Shown: positions 1 through 15,000 of the stretch, in pieces
Position numbering within the stretch: the stretch's first letter is position 1
Layout of the letters: each line of letters starts with the position of its first letter
Assembly (NCBI RefSeq): GCF_963921235.1
Contig: NC_086108.1
Span: 31,126,001 to 31,190,000, forward strand
Source: Mobula hypostoma
Taxonomy: Eukaryota
Direction: 5' to 3'
DNA length: 64,000 bases
Notes under the pieces: model-generated
The model's input: only the letters and a program-made list of their open reading frames with translations
Databases searched by the model: none
What the model was told of the DNA's origin: nothing
Program-made: the position numbers and the translations under genes

Positions 1-3000
1 TTATCCCCCATCCCCCTCACCCGGTCTCATAAATCACCTCCCAGTTTCTCACCTTATCCCCCATCCCCCTCACCTCGTCTCATATATCACTTCCCAGTTT
101 CTCAAGTTATCCACCGTCCCCCTCACCTGGTCTCATATATCACCTCCCAGTTTCTCACCTTATCCCCCATCCCCCTCACCTGCTCTCATGTATCACCTCC
201 CAGTTTCTCACCTTATCCCCCATCCCCCTCACCTCGTCTCATATATCACCTCCCAGTTTCTCACGTTATCCCCCGTCCCGCTCACCTGGTCTCATTTATC
301 ACCTCCCAGTTCCTCACGTTATCCCCCATCCCCCTCACCTCATCTCATATAGCACTTCACAGTTTCTCACCTTATCCCACATCCCCCTCACCCGGTCTCA
401 TATATCACCTCCCAGTTTCGCACCTTATCCCGCATCCCCCTCACCACGTCTCATATATCACTTACCAGTTGCTCACGTTATCCCCCATCCCACTCACCTG
501 GTCTCATATATCACGTCCCCTTTTCTCACGTTATCCCCCATCCCCCTCACCTGGTCTCATAGATCACTCCCAGTTTCTCACGTTATCCCCTATCCCCCTC
601 ACCCGGTCTCATATATCACCTCCCAGTTTCTCACCTTATCCCCATCCACTTCACCTCGTCTCATATATCACTTACCAGTTTCTCACGTTATCCACCATCC
701 CCCTCACCTGGTCTCATATATCACCTCCCAGTTTCTCACGTTATCCCCCATCTCCCTCACCTCATCTCATATATCACCTCCCAGTTTATCACGTTATCCC
801 CCATCCCACTCTCCTGGTCCAATAGATCACCGCCCAGTTTCTCACGTTATCCCCCATCCCCCTGACCTTGTCTCATATATCACTTCCTAGTTTCTCACGT
901 TATCCCCCATCCCCCTCACCTTATCTCATATATCACCTCCCAGTTTCTCACGTTATCCCCCATCTCCCTCACCTGGTCTCATTTATCACCTCCCAATTTC
1001 TCACCTTACCCCCATCCCCTTCACCTGGTCTCATATATCACTTCCCTGTTTCTCACGATATCCCCCATCCCCCTCACCTGGTCTCATTTATCACCTCCCC
1101 GTTTCTGATTTTATCCCCCATCCCCCTCACCTCATCTCATATATCACCTCCCAGTTTCTCCCGTTATCCCCCATCCCCCTCACCTGGTCTCATATATCAC
1201 CTCCCGGTTTCTCACCTTATCCCCCATCCCCCTCACCTCGTCTCATATATCACCACCCAGTTTCTCACGTTATCCCCCGTCCCGCTCACCTGGTCTCATT
1301 TATCACCTCCCAGTTCCTCACGTTATCCCCCATCCCCCTCACCTTGTCTCATATGTCACTTCCCGGTTTCTCACCTTATCCCCCATCCCCCTCACCTCAT
1401 CTCATATAGCACTTCACAGTTTCTCACCTTATCCCACATCCCCCTCACCCGGTCTCATATATCACCTCCCAGTTTCGCACCTTATCCCGCATCCCCCTCA
1501 CCTCGTCTCATCTATCACTTCCCAGTTTCACACGTTATCCCCCATCCCCCTCACCTGGTCTAATATATCACCTGCCAGTTTCTCCTTTTTACCCCCATCC
1601 CCCTCACCTTCTCTCAAATATCACCTCCCGGTTTCTCACGTTATCCCCCATCCCCCTCACCTTGTCTCATATATCACCTCCCAGTTTCTCAACTTATCCC
1701 CCATCCCCCTCACCTGGTCTCATATATCACCTCCCGGATTCTCACCTTATCCCCCATCCCCCTCACCCGGTCTCATAAATCACCTCCCAGTTTCTCACCT
1801 TATCCCCCATCCCCCTCACCTCGTCTCATATATCACTTCCCAGTTTCTCAAGTTATCCACCGTCCCCCTCATCTGGTCTCATATATCACCTCCCAGTTTC
1901 TCACCTTATCCCCCATCCCCCTCACCTGCTCTCATGTATCACCTCCCAGTTTCTCACCTTATCCCCCATCCCCCTCACCTCGTCTCATATATCACCTCCC
2001 AGTTTCTCACGTTATCCCCCGTCCCGCTCACCTGGTCTCATTTATCACCTCCCAGTTCCTCACGTTATCCCCCATCCCCCTCACCTCATCTCATATAGCA
2101 CTTCACAGTTTCTCACCTTATCCCACATCCCCCTCACCCGGTCTCATATATCACCTCCCAGTTTCGCACCTTATCCCGCATCCCCCTCACCACGTCTCAT
2201 CTATCACTTACCAGTTGCTCACGTTATTCCCCACCCCACTCACCTGGTCTCATATATCACCTCCCCTTTACTCACATTATCCCCCATCCCCCTCACCTGG
2301 TCTCATAGATCACCTCCCAGTTTCTCACGTTATCCCCTATCCCCCTCACCCGGTCTAATATATCACCTCCCGGTTTCTCACCTTATCCCCATCCCCTTCA
2401 CGTCGTCTCATATATCACTTCCCAGTTTCTCACGTCATCCACCATCCCCCTCACCTGGTCTCATATATCACCTTCCAGTTTCTCACGTTATCCCCCATCG
2501 CCCTCACCTCATCTCATATATTACCTCCCAGTTTCTCACGTTATCCCCATCCCCCTCACCTGGTCTCATTTATCACCTCCCAGTTTCGCACCTTACCCCC
2601 ATCCCCCTCACCTCGTCTCATATATCACTTCCCAGTTTCACACGTTATCCCCCATCCCCCTCACCTGGTCTCATATATCACCTGCCAGTTTCTCCTTTTT
2701 ACCCCCATCCCCCTCACCTCGTCTCATATATCACCTCCCGGTTTCTCACGTTATCCCCCATACCCCTCACCTTGTCTCATATATCAACTCCCAGTTTCTC
2801 AACTTATCCCCCATCCCCCTCACCTGGTCTCATATATCACCTCCCGGATTCTCACCTTATCCCCCATCCCCCTCACCCGGTCTCATAAATCACCTCCCAG
2901 TTTCTCACCTTATCCCCCATCCCCCTCACCTCGTCTCATATATCACTTCCCAGTTTCTCAAGTTATCCACCGTCCCCCTCACCTGGTCTCATATATCACC

Positions 3001-6000
3001 TCCCAGTTTCTCACCTTATCCCCCATCCCCCTCACCTGGTCTCATGTATCATCTCCCAGTTTCTCACCTTATCCCCCATCCCCCTCACCTCGTCTCATAT
3101 ATCACCTCCCAGTTTCTCACGTTATCCCCCGTCCCGCTCACCAGGTCTCATTTATCACCTCCCAGTTCCTCACGTTATCCCCCATCCCCCTCACCTCATC
3201 TCATATAGCACTTCACAGTTTCTCACCTTATCCCACATCCCCCTCACCTCGTCTCATATATCACTTCCTAGTTTCTCACGTTATCCCCCATCCCCCTCAC
3301 CTCATCTCATATATCACCTCCCAGTTTCTCACGTTATCCCCCATCCCCAACACCTGGTCTCATAGATCACCTCCCAGTTTCTCACGTTATCCCCCATCCC
3401 CGTCACCTGGTCTCATATATCACTTCCCAGTTTCTCACGTCATCCCCCATCGCCCTCACCTCATCTCATATATCACCTCACAGTTTCTCACGTTATCCCC
3501 CATCACCCTCACCTGGTCTCATTTATCACCTCCTAGTTTCTCACGTTATCCCCCATCCCCCTCACCTCGTCTCATATATCACTTCCCAGTTTCACACGTT
3601 ATCCCCCATCCCCCTCACCTGGTCTCATATATCACCTCCCAGTTTCTCATTTTATCCCCCATCCCCCTCACCTCATCTCATATATCACCTCCCAGTTTCT
3701 CACTATATCCCCCATCCCCCTCACTTGGTCTCATATATCACCTCCCAGTTTCTCAACTTATCCCCCATCCCCCTCACCTGGTCTCATATATCACCTCCCG
3801 GTTTCTCACCTTATCCCCCATCCCACTCACACGGTCTCATATATCACTTCACATTTTCTCACCTTATCCCCCATCCCCCTCACCCGGTCTCATGTATCAC
3901 CTCCCAGTTTCTCAAGTTATCCCCCATCCCCCTCCCCTGCTCTCATATATCACCTCCCAGTTTCTCACGTTATCCCCCATCCCCCTCACCTGGTCTCAAT
4001 GATCACCTCCCAGTTTCTCACCTTATCCCTCATCCCCCTCGCCCGGTCTCATATATTACCTCCCAGTTTCTCACCTTTCCCCCATCCCTTTCACCTCGTC
4101 TCATATATCACTTCCCAGATTCTCACGTTATCCCTTAACCCCCTCACCTGGTCTCATATATCACCTCCAAATTTCTCTCCTTATTCCCCCATCCCCCTCA
4201 CCTGGTCTCATATATCACCTCCCAGTTTCTCACGTTATCCCCCATTCCCCTCACCTGGTATCATATATCACCTCCCAGTTTCTCACCTTATCCCCCATCC
4301 CACTCTCCTGGTCTCATAGATAACCTCCCAGTTTCTCACCTTATCCCCCATCCCCTTCACCTGTTCTCATATATCACCTCCTAGTTTCTCAGGTTATCCC
4401 CAGACCCCTCACATTGTCTCATATATCACCTCCAAGTTTCTCACGTTATCCCCGGTCCCCCTCACCTGGTCTCATATATCACCTCCCAGTTTTTTACTTT
4501 ATTCCCGTATCCCCCTCACCTCGTCTCATATATCACCTCCCAGTTTCTCACGTTATCCCCCGTTCCCCTCAACTGGTCTCATATATCACCTCCCAGTTTC
4601 TCACGTTAACTCCCATCCCCCTCACCTGCTCTCATATATCACCTCCCCGTTTCTCACGTTATCCCCCATCCCCCTCACCTGGTCTCACAGAGCACCTCCC
4701 AGTTTCTCACCTTATCCCCCATCCCCCTCGCCCGGTCTCATATATCACATCCCAGTTTCTCACCTTTCCCCCATCCCCATCACCTCGTCTCATATATCAC
4801 TTCCCAGTTTCTCACGTTATTTCCCAACCCCCTCACCTGGTCTCATATATCACCTCCCAGTTTCTCACCTTATTCCCCCATCCCCCTCACCTGGTCTCAT
4901 ACATGACGTCCCAGATTCTCACGTTATCCCCCATCCCCGTCACCCGGTGTCATATATCACCTCCAAGTTTCTCACCTGATCCCCCATCCCCCTCACCTGG
5001 CATCATATATATCCTCCCAGTTTCTCACCTTATTCCCCATCCCCCTCACCTCATTTCATATATCACTTACCTGTTTCTCACGTTTCCCCCATCCCCCTCA
5101 CCTGGTCTCATATATCACTTCACAGTTTCTCACCCTATATCCCATCCTTCTCACCCGGTCTCATACATCACCTCCCAGTTCCTCACGTTATCCCCCATCC
5201 CCCTCACCTGGTCTCATATATCACCTCCCAGTTTCTCACCTTATCCCCCATCCCCCTCACCCGGTATCATATATCACCTCCCAGTTTCTCACCTTATGCC
5301 CCATCCCCCTCACCTCGTCTCATATATCACTTACCAGTTGCTCACGTCATCCCCTTCCCCGTCACCTGGTCTCATATATCACCTCCCCGTTTCTCACGTT
5401 ATCCCCCATCGCCCTGACCTGGTATCATAGATCACCTTCCAGTTGCTCAAGTTATCCCCTATCCCCCTCACCCGGTCTCATATATCACCTCCCAGTTTCT
5501 CACCTTATCCCCATCCCCTTCACCTCATCTCATGTATCACCTCCCAGTTTCTCACCTTATCCACCATCCCCCTCACCTGGTCTCATATATCACCTCCCAG
5601 TTTCTCACGTTATCCCCCATCCCCCTCACCTCAACTCATATATCACCTCCCAGTTTATCACGTTATCCCCCATCCCACTCTCCTGGTCTCATATATCACC
5701 GCCCCGTTTCTCACGTTATACCCCATCCCCCTCATCTGGTCTCATACATAACCTCCCAGTTTCTCACGTTATCCTCTATCCCCCTCACCCGGTCTCATAT
5801 ATCACCTCCCAGTTTCTCACTTTATCCCCCAGCCCCCTCACATGTTCTCATATATCACCTCCCCGTCTCTCACGTTATCCCCCATCCCCCTCAACTGGTC
5901 TCATATATCACCTCCCAGTTTCTCACCGTTCCCCCATCCCCTTCACCTCGTCTCATATATCACTTCCCAGTTTCTCACGTTATCCCCCAAAGCCCTCACC

Positions 6001-9000
6001 TGGTCTCATATATCACTTCCTAGTTTCTCACATTATCCCCCATACCCCTCACCTCATCTCATATATCACCTCCCAGTTTCTCACCTTATCCCCCATCCCC
6101 CTCACCTGGTCTCATAGATCACCTCCCAGTTTTTCACGTTATCCCCCATCCCCGTCACCTGGTCTCATATATCACTTCCCAGTTTCTCACGTTATCCCCC
6201 ATCGCCCTCACCTCATCTCATATATCACCTCCCAGTATCTCACGTTATCCCCCAACCCCCTCACCTGGTCTCATTTATTTCCTCCCAGTTTCTCACGTTA
6301 CCCCCATCCCCCTCACCTGGTCTCATATATCACTTCCCAGTTTCTCACGTTATCCCCCGTCCCACTCACCTGTTCTCATTCATCACCTCCCCGTTTCTGA
6401 TTTTATCCTCCATCCCCCTCACCTCATCTCATATATCACCTCCCAGTTTCTCCCGTTATCCCCCATCCCCCTCACCCTGTCTCATATATCACTTCCCGGT
6501 TTCTCACGTTATCCCCCATCCCTCTCACCTGTTCTCATTCATCACCTACCCGTTTCTGATTTTATCCCCCATCCCCCTCACCTCATCTCATATATCACCT
6601 CCCAGTTTCTCCCGTTATCCCCCATCCCCCTCACCTGGTCTCATATATCACTTCCCGGTTTCTCACCTTATCCCCCATCCCCCTCACCCTGTCTCATAAA
6701 TCACCTCCCAGTTTCTCACATTATCCCCCATCCCCCTCACCTTGTCTCATATATCACTTCCCAGTTTCTCACGTTATCCCCCATCCCCGTCACCTGGTCT
6801 CATATATCACCTCCAAGTTTCTCACCTTATCCCCCATCGCCCTCACCTGGTCTCATGTATCACCTCCCACTTTCTCACCTTATCCCCCATCCCCCTCACA
6901 TCGTCTCATATATCACCACCCAGTTTCTCACGTTATCCCCCGTCCCGCTCACCTGGTCTCATATATCACCTCCCAGTTCCTCACGTTATCCCCCATCCCC
7001 CTCACCTGGTCTCATAGATCACCTCCCAGTTTTTCACGTTATCCCCCATCCCCGTCACCTGGTCTCATATATCACTTCCCAGTTTCTCACGTTATCCCCC
7101 ATCGCCCTCACCTCATCTCATATATCACCTCCCAGTATCTCACGTTATCCCCCAACCCCCTCACCTGGTCTCATTTATTTCCTCCCAGTTTCTCACGTTA
7201 CCCCCATCCCCCTCACCTGGTCTCATATATCACTTCCCAGTTTCTCACGTTATCCCCCGTCCCACTCACCTGTTCTCATTCATCACCTCCCCGTTTCTGA
7301 TTTTATCCTCCATCCCCCTCACCTCATCTCATATATCACCTCCCAGTTTCTCCCGTTATCCCCCATCCCCCTCACCCTGTCTCATATATCACTTCCCGGT
7401 TTCTCACGTTATCCCCCATCCCTCTCACCTGTTCTCATTCATCACCTACCCGTTTCTGATTTTATCCCCCATCCCCCTCACCTCATCTCATATATCACCT
7501 CCCAGTTTCTCCCGTTATCCCCCATCCCCCTCACCCTGTCTCATATATCACCTCCCAGTTTCTCCCGTTATCCCCCATCCCCCTCACCTGGTCTCATATA
7601 TCACTTCCCGGTTTCTCACCTTATCCCCCATCCCCCTCACCCTGTCTCATAAATCACCTCTCAGTTTCTCACATTATCCCCCATCCCCCTCACCTTGTCT
7701 CATATATCACTTCCCAGTTTCTCACGTTATCCCCCATCCCCGTCACCTGGTCTCATATATCACCTCCAAGTTTCTCACCTTATCCCCCATCGCCCTCACC
7801 TGGTCTCATGTATCACCTCCCACTTTCTCACCTTATCCCCCATCCCCCTCACATCGTCTCATATATCACCACCCAGTTTCTCACGTTATCCCCCGTCCCG
7901 CTCACCTGGTCTCATATATCACCTCCCAGTTCCTCACGTTATCCCCCATCCCCCTCACCTGGTCTCATATATCACCTCCCAGTTTCTCACGTTATCCCCC
8001 ATCCCCCTCACCTGGTCTCATATATCACCTCCCAGTTTCTCACGTTATCCCCCATCCCCCTCAACTGGTCTCATATATCACCTCCCAGTTTCTCACCGTT
8101 CCCCCATCCCCTTCACCTCGTCTCATATATCACTTCCCAGTTTCTCACGTTATCCGTCAAAGCCCTCACCTGGTCTCATATATCACTTCCTAGTTTCTCA
8201 CATTATCCCCCATACCCCTCACCTCATCTCATATATCACCTCCCAGTTTCTCACCTTATCCCCCATCCCCCTCACCTGGTCTCATAGATCACCTCCCAGT
8301 TTTTCACATTATCCCCCATCCCCGTCACCTGGTCTCATATATCACTTCCCAGTTTCTCACGTTATCCCCCATCGCCCTCACCTCATCTCATATATCACCT
8401 CCCAGTATCTCACGTTATCCCCCAACCCCCTCACCTGGTCTCATTTATTTCCTCCCAGTTTCTCACGTTACCCCCATCCCCCTCACCTGGTCTCATATAT
8501 CACTTCCCAGTTTCTCACGTTATCCCCCGTCCCACTCACCTGTTCTCATTCATCACCTCCCCGTTTCTGATTTTATCCTCCATCCCCCTCACCTCATCTC
8601 ATATATCACCTCCCAGTTTCTCCCGTTATCCCCCATCCCCCTCACCCTGTCTCATATATCACTTCCCGGTTTCTCACGTTATCCCCCATCCCTCTCACCT
8701 GTTCTCATTCATCACCTACCCGTTTCTGATTTTATCCCCCATCCCCCTCACCTCATCTCATATATCACCTCCCAGTTTCTCCCGTTATCCCCCATCCCCC
8801 TCACCTGGTCTCATATATCACTTCCCGGTTTCTCACCTTATCCCCCATCCCCCTCACCCTGTCTCATAAATCACCTCCCAGTTTCTCACCTTATCCCCCA
8901 TCCCCCTCACCTTGTCTCATATATCACTTCCCAGTTTCTCACGTTATCCCCCATCCCCGTCACCTGGTCTCATATATCACCTCCAAGTTTCTCACCTTAT

Positions 9001-12000
9001 CCCCCATCGCCCTCACCTGGTCTCATGTATCACCTCCCACTTTCTCACCTTATCCCCCATCCCCCTCACATCGTCTCATATATCACCACCCAGTTTCTCA
9101 CGTTATCCCCCGTCCCGCTCACCTGGTCTCATATATCACCTCCCAGTTCCTCACGTTATCCCCCATCCCCCTCACCTGGTCTCATATATCACCTCCCAGT
9201 TTCTCACGTTATCCCCCATCCCCCTCACCTGGTCTCATATATCACCTCCCAGTTTCTCACCTTATCCCCCATCCCCCTCACCCGGTCTCATATTTCACAT
9301 CCAAGTTTCTCACCTTATCCCATATCCCCCTCACCTGGTCTCATGTATCACCTCCCAGTTTCTCACCTTATCCCCCATCCCCCTCACCTCGTCTCATATA
9401 TCACCTCCCAGTTTCTCACGTTATCCCCCGTCCCGCTCACCTGGTCTCTTTTATCACCTCCCAGTTCCTCACGTTATCCCCCATCCCCCTCACCTGGTCT
9501 CATATATCACCTCCCGGTTTCTCACCATATCCCCCATCCCCCTCACCTCATCTCATATAGCACTTCACAGTTTCTCACCTTATCCCAGTTCCCCCTCACC
9601 CGGTCTCATATATCACCTCCCAGTTTCGCACCTTATCCCTCATCCCCTTCACCTCGTCTCATATATCACTTACCAGTTCCTCACGTTATCCCCCATCCCA
9701 CTCACCTTGTCTCATATATCACCTCCCCTTTTCTCACATTATCCCCCATCCCCCTCTCCTGGTCTCATGGATCACCTCCCAGTTTCTCACGTTATCCCCC
9801 ATCCCCCTCACCTGGTCTCATATATCACCTCCCAGTTTCTCACCTTATCCCCATCTCCCTCACCTCATCTCATATATCACCTCCCAGTTTATCACGTTAT
9901 CCCCCATCCCTCTCTCCTGGTCTCATAGATCACCTCCCAGTTTCTCACGTTATCCCCCATCCCCCTCACCTGGTCTCATATATCACTTCCTAGTTTCTCA
10001 CGTTATCCCCCTTACCTCTCACCTCATCTCATATATCACCTCCCAGTTTCTCACCTTATCCCCCATCCCCCTCACCTAGTCTCATAGATCACCTCCCAGT
10101 TTTTCACGTTATCCCCCATCCCCGTCTCCTGGTCTCATATATCACTTCCCAGTATCTCACGTTATCCCCCATCGCCCTCACCTCATCTCATATATCACTT
10201 CCCAGTTTCTCACGTTATCCCCCATCCCTCTCACCTGTTCTCATTCATCACCTCCCCTTTTCTGATTTTATCCCCCATCCCCCTCACCTCATCTCATATA
10301 TCACCTCCCAGTTTCTCCCGTTATCCCCCATCCCCCTCACCTGGTCTCATATATCACTTCCCGGTTTCTCACCTTATCCCCCATCCCCCTCACCCTGTCT
10401 CATAAATCACCTCCCAGTTTCTCACCTTATCCCCCATTCCCCTCACCTCGTCTCATATATCACTTCCCAGTTTCTCACGTTATCCCCCATCCCCGTCACC
10501 CGGTCTCATATATCACCTCCAAGTTTCTCACCTTATCCCCCATCGCCCTCACCTGGTCTCATGTATCACCTCCCACTTTCTCACCTTATCCGCCATCCCC
10601 CTCACCTCGTCTCATATATCACAACCCAGTTTCTCACGTTATCCCCCGTCCCCCTCACCTGGTCTCATATATCACCTCCCAGTTTCTCACCTTATCCCCC
10701 ATCCCCCTCACCTGCTCTGATATATCACCTCCCGGTTTCTCATCTTATCCCCCATCCCCCTCACCTCAACTCATATATCACTTCACAGTTTCTCACCTTA
10801 TCTCGCATCCCCCTCACCCGGTCTCATATATCACCTCCCAGTTTCTCACCTTATCCCCATCCCCTTCACCTCATCTCATGTATCACCTCCCAGTTTCTCA
10901 CCTTATCCACCATCCCCCTCACCTGGTCTCATATATCACCTCCCAGTTTCTCACGTTATCCCCCATCCCCCTCACCTCATCTCATATATCACCTCCCAGT
11001 TTCTCACGTTATCCCCCATCCCCCTCACCTCATCTCATATATCACCTCCCAGTTTATCACGTTATCCCCCATCCCACTCTCCTGGTCTCATATATCACCT
11101 CCCCGTTTCTCACGTTATCCCCCATCCTCCTCACCTGGTCTCATACATAACCTCCCAGTTTCTCACGTTATCCTCTATCCCCCTCAGCCGGTCTCATATA
11201 TCACCTCCCAGTTTCTCACCTTATCCCCCATCCCACTCACACGGTCTCATATATCACTTCACATTTTCTCACCTTATCCCCCATCCCCCTCACCCGGTCT
11301 CATATATCACCTCCAAGTTTCGCACCTTATCCCCCATCCCCCTCACCCGGTCTCATATATCACCTCCCAGTTTCTCACCTTACGCCCAGCCCCCTCACTT
11401 CGTCTCATATATCACTTCCCAGTTTCTCACGTTATCCCCCATCCCCCTCACCTGGTCTCATATATCACCTCCCCGTCTCTCACGTTATCCCCCATCCCCC
11501 TCACCTGGTCTCATATATCACCTCCAAGTTTCTCACCTTATCCCCCATCGCCCTCACCTGGTCTCATATATCACTTCACATTTTCTCACCTTATCCCCCA
11601 TCCCCCTCACCTCGTCTCATATATCACCACCCAGTTTCTCACGTTATCCCCCGTCCCGCTCACCTGGTCTCATATATCACCTCCCAGTTCCTCACGTTAT
11701 CCCCCATCCCCCTCACCTGGTCTCATATATCACCTCCCAGTTTCTCACCTTACCCCCATCCCCCTCACCTGGTCTGAAATATCACCTCCCGGTTTCTCAC
11801 CTTATCTCCCATCCCCCTCACCTCAACTCATATATGACTTCACAGTTTCTCACCTTATCCCGCCTCCCCCTCACCCGGTCTCATATATCACCTCCCAGTA
11901 TCTCACCTTATCACCCATCCCCCTCACCTCGTCTCATATATCACTTACCAGATGCTCACGTTATCCCCTTCCCCGTCACCTGGTCTCATATATCACCGCC

Positions 12001-15000
12001 CCGTTTCTCACGTTATCCCCCATCCCCCACACCTGGTCTCATACATAACCTCCCAGTTTCTCACGTTATCCTCTATCCACCTCACCCGGTCTCATATATC
12101 ACCTCCCAGTTTCTCACGTTATCCCACATCCCCCTCACATGGTCTCATATATCACCACCCAGTTTCTCACTTTATCCCCCATCCCCCTCACATGTTCTCA
12201 TATATCACCTCCCAGTTTCTCACGTTATCCCCCATCCCCCTCACCTGGTCTCATATATCACCTCCCAGTTTCTCACCTTATCCCCCATCCCCCTCACACG
12301 GTCTCATATATCACTTCACATTTTCTCACCTTATCCCCCATCCCCCTCACCCGGTCTCATATATCACCTCCCAGTTTCTCCCGTTATCCCCCATCCCCCT
12401 CACCTGGTCTCATATATCACTTCCCGGTTTCTCACCTTATCCCCCATCCCCCTCACCCTGTCTCATAAATCACCTCCCAGTTTCTCACATTATCCCCCAT
12501 CCCCCTCACCTTGTCTCATATATCACTTCCCAGTTTCTCACGTTATCCCCCATCCCCGTCACCTGGTCTCATATATCACCTCCAAGTTTCTCACCTTATC
12601 CCCCATCGCCCTCACCTGGTCTCATGTATCACCTCCCACTTTCTCACCTTATCCCCCATCCCCCTCACATCGTCTCATATATCACCACCCAGTTTCTCAC
12701 GTTATCCCCCGTCCCGCTCACCTGGTCTCATATATCACCTCCCAGTTTCTCACGTTATCCCCCATCCCCCTCACCTGGTCTCATATATCACCTCCCAGTT
12801 TCTCACGTTATCCCCCATCCCCCTCACCTGGTCTCATATATCACCTCCCAGTTTCTCACGTTATCCCCCATCCCCCTCAACTGGTCTCATATATCACCTC
12901 CCAGTTTCTCACCGTTCCCCCATCCCCTTCACCTCGTCTCATATATCACTTCCCAGTTTCTCACGTTATCCGTCAAAGCCCTCACCTGGTCTCATATATC
13001 ACTTCCTAGTTTCTCACATTATCCCCCATACCCCTCACCTCATCTCATATATCACCTCCCAGTTTCTCACCTTATCCCCCATCCCCCTCACCTGGTCTCA
13101 TAGATCACCTCCCAGTTTTTCACGTTATCCCCCATCCCCGTCACCTGGTCTCATATATCACTTCCCAGTTTCTCACGTTATCCCCCATCGCCCTCACCTC
13201 ATCTCATATATCACCTCCCAGTATCTCACGTTATCCCCCAACCCCCTCACCTGGTCTCATTTATAACCTCCCAGTTTCTCACGTTACCCCCATCCCCCTC
13301 ACCTGGTCTCATATATCACTTCCCAGTTTCTCACGTTATCCCCCGTCCCACTCACCTGTTCTCATTCATCACCTCCCCGTTTCTGATTTTATCCTCCATC
13401 CCCCTCACCTCATCTCATATATCACCTCCCAGTTTCTCCCGTTATCCCCCATCCCCCTCACCTGGTCTCATATATCACTTCCCGGTTTCTCACCTTATCC
13501 CCCATCCCCCTCACCCTGTCTCATAAATCACCTCCCAGTTTCTCACCTTATCCCCCATCCCCCTCACCTTGTCTCATATATCACTTCCCAGTTTCTCACG
13601 TTATCCCCCATCCCCGTCACCTGGTCTCATATATCACCTCCAAGTTTCTCACCTTATCCCCCATCGCCCTCACCTGGTCTCAAGTATCACCTCCCACTTT
13701 CTCACCTTATCCCCCATCCCCCTCACATCGTCTCATATATCACCACCCAGTTTCTCACGTTATCCCCCGTCCCGCTCACCTGGTCTCATATATCACCTCC
13801 CAGTTCCTCACGTTATCCCCCATCCCCCTCACCTGGTCTCATATATCACCTCCCAGTTTCTCACGTTATCCCCCATCCCCCTCACCTGGTCTCATATATC
13901 ACCTCCCAGTTTCTCACCTTATCCCCCATCCCCCTCACACGGTCTCATATATCACTTCACATTTTCTCACCTTATCCCCCATCCCCCTCACCCGGTCTCA
14001 TATTTCACATCCAAGTTTCTCACCTTATCCCATATCCCCCTCACCTGGTCTCATGTATCACCTCCCAGTTTCTCAGCTTATCCCCCATCCCCCTCACCTC
14101 GTCTCATATATCACCTCCCAGTTTCTCACGTTATCCCCCGTCCCGCTCACCTGGTCTCATTTATCACCTCCCAGTTCCTCACGTTATCCCCCATCCCCCT
14201 CACCTGGTCTCATATATCACCTCCCGGTTTCTCACCATATCCCCCATCCCCCTCACCTCATCTCATATAGCACTTCACAGTTTCTCACCTTATCCCAGTT
14301 CCCCCTCACCCGGTCTCATATATCACCTCCCAGTTTCGCACCTTATCCCTCATCCCCTTCACCTCGTCTCATATATCACTTACCAGTTCCTCACGTTATC
14401 CCCCATCCCACTCACCTTGTCTCATATATCACCTCCCCTTTTCTCACATTAACCCCCATCCCCCTCTCCTGGTCTCATGGATCACCTCCCAGTTTCTCAC
14501 GTTATCCCCCATCCCCCTCACCTGGTCTCATATATCACCTCCCAGTTTCTCACCTTATCCCCATCTCCCTCACCTCATCTCATATATCACCTCCCAGTTT
14601 ATCACGTTATCCCCCATCCCTCTCTCCTGGTCTCATAGATCACCTCCCAGTTTCTCACGTTATCCCCCATCCCCCTCACCTGGTCTCATATATCACTTCC
14701 TAGTTTCTCACGTTATCCCCCTTACCTCTCACCTCATCTCATATATCACCTCCCAGTTTCTCACCTTATCCCCCATCCCCCTCACCTAGTCTCATAGATC
14801 ACCTCCCAGTTTTTCACGTTATCCCCCATCCCCGTCTCCTGGTCTCATATATCACTTCCCAGTATCTCACGTTATCCCCCATCGCCCTCACCTGATCTCA
14901 TATATCACTTCCCAGTTTCTCACGTTATCCCCCATCCCTCTCACCTGTTCTCATTCATCACCTCCCCTTTTCTGATTTTATCCCCCATCCCCCTCACCTC

